The notes beneath the pieces are model-generated. The model was not told where the DNA came from and made no database searches. It was given only the letters and a program-made list of their open reading frames with translations. A program made the position numbers and the translations under genes. Below are positions 40,683 to 53,769 of a stretch of DNA of 64,000 nucleotides, one piece after another; positions within the stretch are counted from its first letter, which is position 1, and each line of letters starts with the position of its first letter. The stretch is taken from NCBI GenBank assembly GCA_049999805.1, contig JBNGIO010006237.1:225671-289670 (forward strand), given 5' to 3'. Source of the stretch: Folioceros fuciformis. Taxonomy: Eukaryota.

Positions 40683-41130
40683 CTTGTTTCCCGATGTCCT
40701 TTTGGCAAGAGGGAATGACTTTTGCCTTCCACAGCTTGTTTCCCAATGTCCTTTTAGCAAGAGGGAATGACTTATGCCCTCCACAGCTTGTTTCCTAATG
40801 TCCTTTCAGCAAGAAGAAATGACTTACGCCTTCCACAGCTTGTTTCCTAATGTCCTTTTAGCAAGAGGGAATGACTTATGCCTTCCACAGCTAGTTTCCC
40901 AATGGCCGTTTAGCAAGAGGGAATGACTTTTGCCTTCAACAGCTTGTTTCCCTATCTCCTGTGAACAAAAGGGAATGAGGGTCATTCCCTTTTGCCTTCC
41001 CCTCCTTGTTTCCTAATTGTTGCCTGCCCATCCTTTTTTCCTAATCGTCTTCTGGCACAAGGGAATGACTTTTACCTTCCAGAGCTTGTTTCCCAATCCC
41101 TTCTAGCGCAAGGGAATGACTTTCGCCTTG
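40683..41130. repeat. 52-bp tandem repeat, about 5-6 good copies plus degenerate ones
   Basis: cttgtttcccaatgtccttttagcaagagggaatgactt(a/t)tgccttccacag starts at 40683, 40735, 40787, 40839, 40891 and 40943; decayed copies run to ~41130. Confidence 0.93.
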
Positions 41131-43240
41131 CACACTGCGGCCACCCGGCCTTCGTTTATTCTGAAACATCTCGACTCCTCAAAGGCTCAAGTTTCTGCTC
41201 TACTAACAATGAGGCCTACCCCACCAAGGGATCCACATTTCGTAGCAGTCCTAGTGCCAGCCAAGTCCCTTCGGTTCAAGGAGTATTACGCCGTAAATAC
41301 TGTACAGTGTTTTTCGACATACAACTAGCTATCTACATCTTCACAAAATCTATCCAATCCTTCCTCTGATATGCAGACCTAGTCTCATTCCATCAAACTA
41401 CTCCCGCCCTCGACCACTCCGCCCCTCAATCATGGACCCAAGAGTGCTCAAGGATAGTCTTCTCCGCCCCCTCCTCTGGGTCTATCAGAATCAAAATCAA
41501 GACATCAGAGCCACTGAACACACAAGAAGCTACTCTCTCTGTCAAAAAGAAAAACCAAATCCAAATTGAAATTGCTGAATGCACAGGGGAGTACGCTATA
41601 CCGAGCTGAGTGCTGGGACCATTCCTCAACACCGACTCCTTCACCAAGGCCGCATTCTCCCTTACTGAATTTGTAGACATTTCTCCGCGGAACACAGACT
41701 CCTTCACCGATACAACAGACTCTTTCACCGACGCGACAGACTCCAAAACCGTATTTGTAGTGTGTGTCACCATATCGCTCACAGTCTGCCTGAGTAATTC
41801 CCGGGCTCGTCGAGGAGAAGACAAACTTTGGTTCTGGACATCATGATTCTCCTGCAACGCCAGCACCTTCCGTCAGATGTCACACGGGAAGCATGAAACC
41901 CTAACGCTGAAGACTTGAGCAGTCACTCGCTCGACCTGCAGCTGAGGCCCGTCTTGGTCCCCCTCCACTCTGAGCTTGGGCCCGTGCTTCTCCATGCCCG
42001 CCAAGTCTCCGACTTTCAAACAATCTTTTCACCCGACTACCTGGTTACCAGAAAGCGCACGACGCACGCAAGCCACGCACACAGCGACGCCACACCTCGC
42101 GCAAGAGACACAATCACATTACTGCGGGACAGTCTACATCCTCGCAAGAATGAAGAGCCTGCAAGAAGCAGGAGCGAGACGTGTCACGCGCTCCTTGCTG
42201 GGGTTGCTCCTACCAACCGTAAAACCCTAAAGGCCGTCCGCAAGCTGCGTGCTGGATGCAACAAGTCCTCTCCTGCAGACGAAGCAATCTCGCGTCGACA
42301 GTCTGGCCGATGACGGAGCAAACATAAGCACGCAGAGACGGTGAGACAAGTACCGTCCGCGACACATTCCCGGGCCGTCGGGGCAGGCGGACCAGCCGCA
42401 CGTCGGCTGTTGATGGAAGCCATGGCAACTGGCAGTCGCAGAGTGCCGGTGAGCGCGGCGGCGGTGAGGCACAGAGAAGCTTGACGCGTGCGCGTCATGG
42501 CTACAGGCCTGTACATGTCACGTATCCCACCCCGTCAGTAGACAGTGTGTGCCATTGGCAGATCACACTGAGCAGCAGAGCTGAGAGACAGGCGTACCCG
42601 AAAGGACGTAAGCATTCGCGGAATGATGTCTCCTCTCCCAATCCATAGGCGTGGCAGGTGTGACCCACCTTCCATTTCTGCCTTCGTGGCTCTGGCCAAT
42701 TCTGCAGCCGCGGCACGCGTACTGCACGCCGCTGCCACCTTGTCAGGCGATTGCCCGATCCCGGCCGTCGCCGGACTGCTATCTGACCACCCATCCAGCC
42801 CTAAAAGCCTATGGCCCCCAGGCGCCATGGCGCTGTCCGGGAACCGGTAGTTCGCATGATGCCTGCGGTTTCAGGAGATCCTGGGAAATCGGGATGCATT
42901 TCCTTTTCTCCAGGAAGGAGGGAGAAGCAGCTGCCAGCCTGTCCCGAGGTTAAAGAGACGAGCTTTATCTGCTGTTGGTTGCAGCTGAGGCAGGTGGAGA
43001 AGCTGCAGTGGCATAACCGGTCCAGGAGCCTCTGCATGTGGGTTGTAGGAGAAGCGGAGGAAGGAAGGACAGCAGGGCAGCGATTTGACATGTCGGAGTT
43101 CAATCTCATGCGGGCACGCATCGGGAAATGGAGACCAGGGTACTCTTACATGGATTCGGGTGTCCGTAGGAGAACGAAGCCGTGGGCGTAGCTCCAAAGC
43201 TGCCTCTCAGATCCCAGATTGCTGCTGGCGCACGCGGAGC

Positions 43241-45750
43241 ATGAGTGCTGCAGCCGGTGGTGGGCAGGAGGATTTGGGCACCAGCTGGGACGGGCCGGGG
43301 GATTCAGCCGATGGAGGACTCAAAAGAGCGAGGATGGAGCAAGGCGTATATTGGGAAGGCAGGGACGGGGTCGCGGCCAGCATTCTGCGGATTCCGCCGG
43401 GTTCGCTTGGAGTGGACGCGGGCAGAGGGGAGAACTCGGACTCGAAGTCGGGGGAGTCCTCGGAGCCTGAGCTCCCACAGTCCGTGTTGCAGATCGTTGC
43501 CACCTGTCTCGAGTGCGACCTTCTAGTGGCAGCCGTGGTGCGCTTGAATGTTGCGGAGACGGTGCTGTGCGTGCCCCAGGGCCGCATAACAGTGCCTGTG
43601 AGATTCAACAAGGCAGTGCTGAAAGCAGCTGGAACTGGGCGATTGGTGAGCACGGAGAGGATGACCTTGCCCAGCATGCTGTCAGTAGTGCTGGGTGATC
43701 GGCCTCAGCGGCTCCTGGCGACGGAGTTCAGGTTGGAGGGACATCTGGGTATCTGCTACGCACTGTGGTTGGAGCCGGGCAGTGTTCCTCCGGACTGCGA
43801 GCAGGTGATGGATGATGCAGGGCAGTCTCTTCCCCTGCTGCTGGCGGCAAAGGTGCGCACCCTGTGCTGGGACCGGATGGGCAGGCGGTTTGATGCCATC
43901 CTCAGGACCATGCCTCAGGCGGTTGTGTTTGTGGATGACGGAATCGGACCGTGCCTCATCAATTCTGCGGCATCCGAGCTGTTGGGTTTGGATGGAGCGG
44001 GGGAAGTAGACACGAGCGCGGTGGCTTCCGGGATGTGCCGACTTGCTGATCGCTGCGTCATCCGGGCGTCTGCTTACAGGTGTGTGTGGGCGGTGTTCTG
44101 TCGAAAGCTTTGCTTCGGTTGATTCCGTGCTTGTGAAGCTTTGAGTCGTGGAAACCGGCCTGACGTTTGCAGAGCAGATGCTTCAAGCAGGTCGGCGCCC
44201 ATCGGGATCAGCTGTTTGAGTGGGAGTGGGAACTCAAGGATCCCAGGCAGGTGTTCCGGGTGCGGTCCTATCCTGTGAGCAAGAATGTCACTCACGGGCG
44301 CATCTGGTTCTTCGATGACATCACTGCGGAGAGGGATGCGAGGGCGGCCGTGGAAGCTGCCGACAAGGCCAAGACTCAGTTCATGGCCATGATGAGCCAC
44401 GAGCTGCGCACTCCCATGACGGGAGTGCTGGGCATGCTGGAGCTGCTGTGCCTCACATCCCTGTCCCCTGAGCAGGACTCATTCGTGCGCATCATGCAAG
44501 GCTCCGCAGAGGGCCTCGTGCAGGTTCTGGATGAGATCCTCGACTTCTCTGCGATCCAGGCCGGGCAGTTCACCCTGGAAGTGTCGGACTTCCACATCGG
44601 TGAGCTTCTGGAGCAGCTGTGCGCCTTATTTCAGGGCAAGCTGGCGGAGAAGAAGCTCAAGCTCACAGTGCGCATGCCGGAGCGGGGGCAACAGGCGGTC
44701 AGGGGAGACGAGCGGATCCGGCAGGTGATCACCAATCTCGTCAGCAATGCCATCAAGTTCACTCAAACCGGCGGCATCGACATCTCGTGGCTCCCTGTTG
44801 CTGGTAGGGTGTGCACAAGCATCACAGTCCAATGTCTTCCTGGCTCTCTTGTTTCGACCTGCAGTCTCAAAACATTTGTGTGGGCTCATCCAGGGCCGAC
44901 AGGTCCGCCCCATGAATCCACGGAGCCCGACACAAGCCAAAAGCCTGAAGGCAGGGACCAGGCCAGTCTCAGCTTCACACACGCAAACAGTTTGGAGACG
45001 GAGAGGCTAGCACAAGCAGGGGAGCAGGAGCAGGAGCAGGTCCTGGAGCATTGCATGTGGCATGAAGTGAGGGTGAAGGACTCCGGGATAGGGCTCAGCA
45101 AAGAGCAGCAGGGGAAGCTGTTCCAGTCCTTCTCGCAGGCAGACACGAGCACCACCAGGAAGTTCGGCGGCACCGGGTTGGGCCTGGCCATCAGCAAGGG
45201 GCTGGTGACGGCCATGGGAGGCAGGATCTGGGTAGAGAGCGAGGTGGGCAAAGGCAGCACCTTCGCCTTCTGCATCCCGCTGCAGCCTGCTCTGGACCCG
45301 TCCAGGCAGGTGTCAGGCGCGGACAGGTCTTCGCCTCTAAAATCCAACTCGCTGAAGATGACTAGCAGATCCCTTCGGGTGCTGGCAGCCGAGGACGACA
45401 AGGTGAGCCAGCTCCTGCTGCGGAGAATGCTAGAGCACTACGGGCACTCGGTGGACCTGGTCAGCAACGGCCAACAAGCACTGGAGGCCGTTCAGGAAAA
45501 AACCTACGACATGGTGCTCATGGATCTTCAGATGCCCGTGCTGGATGGGCTCCAAGCCACAAAGCTTGTGAGGGCGCTGGGCACCAGCGTTGCCAGCGTC
45601 CCCATTTATGCTCTAACGGCAGATGTCCTGACTAAAGAGCGGGAGTCTCTGGAAGCCATGAGGCTGGACGGCTACCTAACTAAACCCATTAACTGGGAGA
45701 ATCTATCCCAGGTTATCGACAACGTCATTCTTTCCACTTCGGCCACCTAA
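43241..45750 (+). CDS. Soluble hybrid sensor histidine kinase: unknown N-domain + PAS-like + HisKA + HATPase + receiver; intron 44080-44177
   Basis: H-box FMAMMSHELRTPMTGVLG, N-box QVITNLVSNAIKFT, G1 VKDSGIG, F LFQSFSQAD, G2 GGTGLGLAIS, receiver AEDD / VLMDLQMPVLDG / LTKP; PAS-like RFDAILRTMPQAVVFVDD...GRIWFFDDIT. Start codon uncertain. Confidence 0.92.
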
Positions 45751-46496
45751 TATACATACAGCAATGTGCCTGCTAGGCGTGTCACTTGTACACTAGACTA
45801 GAACTTCGGCTGATCAATGGCGTCCAAGAATGGGATGCCTCTCGGATCACGGCAGCACAATACACGTGTCTAGATCTTTTCCTCGACAATGCGGGACATG
45901 CATACCTAGGTACCTAGAAAAGATTGGATTTCGTGAGAAGGGATAGATACCATTGCTTCTTTCCTCTTGATGCATTGTGTTTGTCGTCCGGTGCACAAAA
46001 ATTGGCTTGGGTTCAGTACAAGGGACTACTGAGTGGTTTCCGTCCAAATATCCACAGGATGGAAGCATCTTTCTTAATCTTCGTCCTCAAGTATACAGTA
46101 ACTATCAGTTCGTCCAACGCTACTGCAACCCCTGTGGCCTCCTGCTTACTACGCTGCCAGTGTCAGTAACTGGTGCCCCCACACACCTGGACTAACAGCA
46201 CACCTACCTGACGGAACATGCCCTGTCACACCCTGAAAACAATAGGACCTGCTTAGCCCTAATGAACAAACTCCATTGTCCGACTTCCGAGCAATTTGAA
46301 TGCTTCCTTGTGCTTTTATTAGTGAAGTATGTTGCAATTGTACAGAACACAACCGATCTCGTCGTGAATTCTGCGATGGAGTCTTCAAATACATGTCGAA
46401 GCGTCCATGAAAGCTTGCGTGTGTGAACTTCAATCACCAGTCTAAACTCTACCTGCATTTGCACCTCAAATCCCGGATGTGCATTTCCCCAAGTAC

Positions 46497-47812
46497 CTAA
46501 AACACATCAGGGTGGAACCGTCCAGGAATGGAACCCCCTTCCTGTGCTTTGCGAAGATGTAGGCTGAGTGCATAGTTATTCATCTGATGCAACCACACAA
46601 CGAGCGGGGCAAGTGTCAGAAATCCTGGAGTCCACTCAGAAGTGACCCCCACACAAGGATCTGTCTGGGAGAGAGTACGGTCCAAGCTCACATACCTCCA
46701 AATTCCGCAGCTGTTCCTGGTACTTCGAGCACATTTGTTTCAGCTGCTCCAACTCACGAGCACGGTTCTCATGCTCAACTTGCCTTTCGTGCTGAATGAT
46801 ACAGGCACGTTTCAGTATCTGATTGTCGCGGCATAACGCCTGCAGCTGCTCCCTAAACGCAGCGTTCTCCTGTCACAGTGACGCACAGTCAAAACCACAA
46901 AGGAGGAACAGCATAATGCCTAGTTTGCAAGCGGCCACCCATACAAGAAAACACATCAATCCTCAACTAGCAAACCTTTTGCAACAGTTCTGTGGAACGA
47001 GAAGTGACTGCCTTCTCAAATGCCTCGAGAGCCCTTGTAGCCCTTGCTCGTGCATCGTCCAAATCCGTGGCATTCATCATCTCCCCAACAACCAATTCAA
47101 CCCACTCCCTCCCGTCAGCTGGAACACGGGGAGAGGTAGACTCCGCATGGTTCCCGCTCCCTGGCCTGCCTGTAACAGCTGGTGAAGCACGGACATAAGA
47201 CGGGTACCACGCTGTCCATCTTAAAAAACAAGACTAGCAAGCACTGAGCGAAAAAACAGCTAATCATCAAGCACGTCCTTGACGATGACCAACGTACCAG
47301 GAGATGACTGCTCTGCATCGGGTCGAGAGACAGAGGCGTTGTCCAAGTGATCTACTTTGGATGAACTGCGCTCATTAGACCCAAGCTGCAAGTCGCTAAG
47401 ACTCTTGATGGCAGAATCTAGGTTACTCCCACAGGCTTCGAGCACTCTTTCCAACAGCTGCCATGAAACTCAACATGCATGAGGTAAGCGCATGCTTCTG
47501 GAAATCAAAGGACACCAAACCCTACGCGACACGCAACACGTTCTGGCACCACACCTGTCCATCCATGTCGGGGAAAAGCTGGCGAAGCCGTGAGAGTGGC
47601 TCCTGTTGCTCGACGGGAGGGCAAATATAGTGAGCAGAAGTCTCGGAAGTCCCCGCTGCCTCGGAGGCCCCGGTGGGGCTACTCCTTGGGGGCGGGGACA
47701 ATGAAGAGAAGCGAATAGGGGAACCTCCTCCACAACGAATCCTCTTTGCGCTGGGAGGAGAGGAGTAGAGGTCTTCGAACAGGGAACGCTTGCCGCAGAC
47801 GACCGCAGACAT
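46497..47812 (-). CDS. Plant CUE (ubiquitin-binding) domain protein, multi-exon
   Basis: MSAVVCGKRSLFEDL..SPP.AKRIRC, LRQLFPDMDGQ-LLERVLEACGSNLDSAIKSL, EWVELVVGEMMNATDLDDARARA, NNYALSLHLRKAQ..SIPGRFHPDVF*. Confidence 0.9.
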
Positions 47813-48815
47813 TGCAGGAACCCGATCCCCGACTCGCTTCCTAGCCCCAACGAAGTAAGCGCGCTCCTCTCGCTCCCTAATTCGCCAACACCACGGCGGG
47901 TTGCGCGCAGCCAAGCATGACCCCCACCCAGGATGCGCAAGCACATGCAGAAGAGCAAGCCTGCCCAGGGCGGAAACCAGGCCCGATGTCGAGCGTCAAG
48001 AATCGGCCCCGAATCGTGCTCCAAGAACCCTCTAGGCGGCAGCAGCAGAAGCAGCGCCAAGAGATCGAGGGCGAGCACGCAGCTTCAGCGCTTCAACCAA
48101 GGGTTGGACGTCACCTTGGACTTGAAGGCTGCACTCCTTAAGTACGCCATCGCCAGCGCACCATGGCTATGTTTCTACCATCCCCCTATTTTCGCTTTGT
48201 CGCCACCAACCGCTGTCAAACCACGTCTCCCCAATCCTCACAGCTACATATACCGTATTTCGTTTCCAACAAGAACACCCAGCCTACTCCATCGGTACCT
48301 GGTACCTACTGTATGTATGTATAGACTGATTGAGGATTCGATATTGATTAGGTATTTATACATTTATTAACCTTTTTTTTGACTAAAATTACTGGCTGAA
48401 TTAACATGAAAATAGTAACAAGCGTTCAAGGGAGGATGCATACTCATACATGAGACATACATACAAGTAAGGAATATTAAAAAACTATATTAAGAGCATT
48501 GAAATTTCATGAAATTATGGAGAGCTAGTATTCTAGTCTATGGGACTCTATAGCCCATATGTTAGCCCATATTTGTGGTTGAGACTCATGTAATTAAATT
48601 TTTATTATTTTTATCTTTTATTTAATATTTAACTAAATATTTTAAATATTATAGAAATTTATGTTTTTATATAATATTTAATTATTTTTATCTATATTTT
48701 AATGTAATATTATGAAATAATTTTAATATTATAAAACTTTGTATTATTTTTATAATTTATAAAAGAACAAATACCATACTATTGGCGTGTGCACTGGCCT
48801 ACTAACTAAGACTTG

Positions 48816-49067
48816 AGAGCCAAAGCTAGGCTTTTGTTCAACCCACTAATTTAGGGTTCTATCAAAGCAAATATAGAAAACATACTCATATTATTCTTAG
48901 GCCCACTAAGGCTTGTCTCTCCTCTTACTTGATGAAAAGAGCCAAAGCTAGGCTTTTGTTCAACCCACTAATTTAGGGTTCTATCAAAACAAATATAGAA
49001 AACATACTCATATTTGCAATACTAACAAGTGAATCATTATATTTGCAATACTAACAAGTGAATCATC
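48816..49067. repeat. ~77-bp direct repeat (48816-48892 / 48938-49014) followed by a ~29-bp tandem duplication
   Basis: agagccaaagctaggcttttgttcaacccactaatttagggttctatcaaa... twice; atatttgcaatactaacaagtgaatcat twice. Confidence 0.9.
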
Positions 49068-50429
49068 AAAAGATGACTTAATATTAAGAAGAAACATCAA
49101 TAATAACTAAGTATCAAGATGTTCAGTTATTTTAGAAAAAATAAGATGGAAAAACTCATCTACCCCTAAAGAGGGAGATAAACTGAGATTGAGATAATAG
49201 GGGCTAACCCCTAAAGCCTAATGACTTCCATAGCACCTAAAATATCATGGTCTAGAAGGAGAAAGGGTTACCTGCCATTAGAGTTGTTGATGTCGACATC
49301 ATGTATATAGCATTAGGCAACACTTATTGTAGGGCCATGAAAACCCTTTGTCAAAAGGACGCTACATTACACAAAAGAGGAAGACCAAGCCCATTTTTCC
49401 CCTGATATGCCTTAAGTTTGCCTTGCACCCTTTCTTCCCCACCACCATTGGGTACGCCTTCCATGGAGGTCGTAGTGGAGGAAGTGTTGGTAAAAGGCAC
49501 GAATGCAATGATGTTGCCACCCTCCACAACTTGTGCCCTTAGTTGATCCATATCGCTGCCATAGGCATGACCTACGTGCCTCAATTCTTGCTTGCCACTA
49601 CAAACATGACGACTATTTGATTGCAGCTCCTCTCAACCCCACCCTACCACTGCAATCCCCACCCCTTCCCAGCATTCAACCCACCTTGGTTGCTATGGTA
49701 ATAACCCTAGCCATCGGGTGCGGTGCCACGGAGCTTTGATGGCCACATGCTAGACTTGTTGTTGTTGCCACACACCCTTCCAGTGCGCACACCTTGCTGT
49801 CGACTTCTAGAAACATAATCCACCATCCACTAAGACATCTTGCACCACCATGCGCCGAGCCTACGTGCCTTCTCCCTTGGAGGACGCGACCGCACTCTAC
49901 TTGCGACACTTGCATCAACCTCCACCACCTTGCACAATGCGAAGACATCAACATAAATGGTGTACCATGGTTGCGAAGATTACTAGATTGCAAAGATTGC
50001 GTCTAGCGCACTACACGATGCGAAGATGGTAGCACTTGCCACGCTAGGTGGATAGTCCACATTTGCTGCCCACCTAGCCACTCAATGACCACCACTCCAT
50101 AATATCGCGATGTGGGAGAAGGCACCCTTGGTGTTGTGAGCTTGGCCAGCTGTTAGGAGTTTTAAAGGGCTTTATGTGGCGGGGAAGAGGTGCTTTGCAC
50201 GTTGATAGTGTTCATTGATGTATGTGGTTGCAACCCTTGCCCATGGAAGACCCGTGGGCCACAAGGTAATACATATTGTAAAACACACCCAGTAGGATTT
50301 GAGATCAATGACACCAAATGGCTTAGTTAGCAATTGCTCGAGATGGAAAGGAGCATATTATGGGCAAAAATTGACGATGGAGGCAAAAGTCACCCTCATA
50401 TAGTGGCACATTGCTATAACCAAGCATGG

Positions 50430-51350
50430 TGTCCCTTGGGAGGTAGGCATTGTGAAGGCAGCTTTGCCGGACGAAGGATTCAGCAGTCTAAGACGAAAAA
50501 TTGTACATGCATTATGTGTTTTGCAGCAAGAGGCAATGAAACTCCGGGCAAGAGTGTGAATCCACCAAGTGCAATACACGAATAAGATCCCATGCTCATG
50601 TGGCACATGGATTTTGAGTGACAACACTAATGCAAAATCCGCACTTTTTGTTCGGTAACCTATTCAGTGGTAATTGTGTTATATGGATTCAAGGTTTGAC
50701 AAGATGTATATGTTCCATATGTGGGTGCACACAACGATAGATGGGTCCACACACTACATTACTTGGGCCTTGCTTGCCAACAACAAGAGAGTGGAGATAA
50801 TTTACAATGTGTCCCAAACGCATCTAATCAGACTTCACAACTGAGGACAACTTAGTAGCTTTAGGCGGACTTTGATAGGGTGAGACCACGGAATAACGGC
50901 AGCAAATTCATTTGTGGACCATTTGTGCACAGGCATGTGAGAGGGTATTTAGTACCAAAGATGGTAAATGTGGGTTTGCATTGACGTAGTTGAGGCCTTA
51001 GGAAGAGTAGAATGAGGAGGGAAAACCAAGCTAGCATGTGGTAGGTAATAGTGTTCAAGGCACAGGGGTATGTTGTAGAGAATTGAGCACTTCTACAGAT
51101 TTCTAAAAGAGAGATGGGGATTTTTGTATAAGGGCTATATGTTGGATCTCCAAGCAAATAATGAGCTAGATACAACAACCTCTTGGCATGTCCACTCCTT
51201 GCATGTCGTATTCATGCCTAAATTGCGGGAGAAGCTTGACAAATTTGTGTGCGTTTGGAATTTGCATAGGGTCAGGAAATTCGTGTCAATAGACAACGAC
51301 ATATCAGGTCATGTTCCATATCAGGTCATGTTCATAGTAGCCTTCTAGGA
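50430..51350 (+). mobile_element. Degenerate DDE integrase/transposase relic of the IS3EU/IS481-like eukaryotic type
   Basis: Collinear motifs across broken frames: PMLMWHMD (~50590), WVHTTIDGSTHYITWALLANNK (~50722), RIEHFY (~51078), LDLQANNELD..HVHSLHVVFMPKLREKLDKFVCVWNLHRVR (51140-51280). Confidence 0.7.
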
Positions 51351-53099
51351 AGCAAAACGGTTGGTAGGTTTAGTTGGCCCCCCACCCTATGATGGGGATA
51401 ATGACGAAGATGGTGACATTAGTATTCCGGAACCTGAATTTACCGGGAACATTGCCCTCGAGGAGTTGGCCTCGTACAATGTTCCATTGCTAGCAAGAGT
51501 AAGCTTGCTTTGTGTGTGCGGATGAGGAGAAAAATGTTTCCAAACAGCTCTACTATAAAACGTACTACATAGCTCATTGTGCAAGAGCTTACTATTCAGG
51601 CTTGTAGTACATGGAGGACTATTTGCCTGATGCATATAGGTTGCATCAAGCACTCACATCTATATGCTTGTATTGCAGGCGGAGGAATGTCAGCCTTGAA
51701 GAGCAAGTTTGGACATGGATTGAGGAGGAGTGCAGCTTATGGACTTGATCGGCTGACAACTTAATGCGTGGTTTGTTCTTAGAAGGTTGGTGAGGCTAAA
51801 ATAGAGGCACCGTTAGCTGGGCTCACCAAGAGGGGAGTGACAACTTAAGTCGGGGTGCAATTGTTTGTTCCTAGGAAAGACACAAGTATTGTGCAGTGGA
51901 ATAATAAGGCATTGCAAAGAAATCGAGCATTGCTAGAGGGGCATATTGGAATCATAGTGTGACCTCCCATTCATTGCTTGCGTGTTGATGTGTACCCCTA
52001 AGCTCACTGTGCAAAATGTCGTCTACACATGGCTACAAAGGACGGGGTTGGATACATGTTCTGTCTACCCAAAGGTAGGGCCTCTACAATACGTGGCTTA
52101 GAGTTCCTAACCTCTAGCTTGTTATCATCTACACTGCGAAAGTAACAATGGCCTACTTTGCGCTAAGGTATCATTGAACCATTCACCCCAGGCCTACATG
52201 AGGCACAGCAAGGAACAAGGAAAGTGCATACCTCTCTCGAAGGCCAGAATCTTTGCAAGGCAATAGCGAAGCCGTATTGCATCTGTGTAGCTGCTAGAGC
52301 GTTGTAACGGCCAAGCCTTCTTTAGGTGTGAGGGTTGCAGCCTCACGCTTGAATCCCTCCTTGCCTTTAAGGCCCTGCTCACCCATAATGCACTTCTATT
52401 GAAGCCGATGGCTGGAATTCCGCTTTCTGCATGGGTTGGGCTTCAAAAGCTTGTAACCTGTCGGGTTTGCTCTGCTCGTAACCCAAGGGCAATGGGCGTG
52501 TGGGTGATTGAATGACCATACCAACCACGCGTATCTAGTAGAGGCAACGTAGTGGCAAAAGTGCTAGTGAAGTGCTGTGTTTAAGCTCGTACTCGATAAG
52601 GAGTTTGCTTGAAACATTAATGGCTTTGGTGCATGTGCTAAATGTCTTTGATGCATTGAAAAGTGATATGAAAAGAAAAAAAGTAATGCACAGCCATGCA
52701 CACCCGATCTTCATATCATAGTCCACGTGCAATTTTCTCCCCAACTCCTATACGTCTCCTTTTTGGAGGGAGGTGAGTCTTGCTAGTTCTCTAGAAAGAT
52801 AGCCTATTGGTGGGTATTGTGCTAAAGGAGGCTAGAGACTCTAGTTCTTCTTTAGCATGCCTCTTCTTTTGACAACAGGTGTCCATGGGTCGTCAAAGGG
52901 TGTGGCAGAAGTAGTTTATAAACAATAGCAAGGGTAGGAGAGGTGGTGTCAACAACTCTTAAAGGTAGATCCTATCCCGAAATCCCCTCTACTCCTAGGT
53001 TATAATATAGTTGGTAGCTTTATACATGGCAATGTTGGGGCTAGTCCTTTTCAATCAAGGCAGGGAGCAACGGGAAAGACTTCGCAAGTAGCTAGTCCC

Positions 53100-53769
53100 T
53101 TTCAATTCCCAAAACATTTACACTAGGTGCAAGTGCTGCCGTCATGAGTCACGAGCTTTACACATGATGGTCTTGAGGCTAGTCCTCTTTAGTCATTTGC
53201 CCATATACCTTGCTAAACGGCTTCTCCCTCATTGCAAACCTTTTCTTGACTAAGGGGGACCAGGTTTCTGTAGCGGACGTGGTGGTCACAGATCCCACTC
53301 TGACAACTATTAGCGAGCATGTTATTATCAACCCCTCGGGTTGGGTGGCAGAAGGAAGCGTGACAAAGAAGACTTGCAAGTACAGGCCCATGCAGTAGGG
53401 TCACTTGTTCATCCCCCTTGCTGTTGAAATGCATGGGGCCATGGGTAAGGATTTTTCAAGGTTTTTGAAGACATGCGTAAAGGCCCATCACGTCAACAGG
53501 AGCGGCGTAAGGCTTCTCCTATCCGGCGTGGCTTTTTTTGGCAATGGGTTTCGATTGCACTACAAAAGGCCTTGGCAAATGCGATTTTTCGGACAACATC
53601 AACTGTGGCGGATGCAGCTTCAGCGGCCCCAGTGGTAAGTATGCCATACCTCATATTTGAATGTGACATCTTAGGGGCGATAGGGAGTTACAAGCTAGCC
53701 AGACGAGGGGTTTTGGGCCCCCTTTCCTGGCTTTTCCCCATTGCGGGTTGTTCCCTTGCCACATGGTAG
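53100..53769 (+). mobile_element. 3' relic of a non-LTR retrotransposon with restriction-like endonuclease (CRE-like clade)
   Basis: THDG zinc-finger end, ADVVVTDP, KKTCKY, LFIPLAVEMHGAMGKDFSRFLK, FFWQWVSIALQKALANAI; stop and frameshift present; T-tract and AATAAA downstream. Confidence 0.72.

Noticed and set aside
40683..41000. CRISPR-like array
   Set aside because: Units are contiguous with no unique spacers, there are no cas genes, and the context is eukaryotic.
48300..48780. Very AT-rich tract as organellar insertion or origin
   Set aside because: Low complexity with no organellar gene remnant; looks like a transposon-island border similar to 26270-26500.
51880..52100. LINE APE endonuclease start (IVQWN...)
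   Set aside because: Too degraded; no further APE motifs were recognisable.
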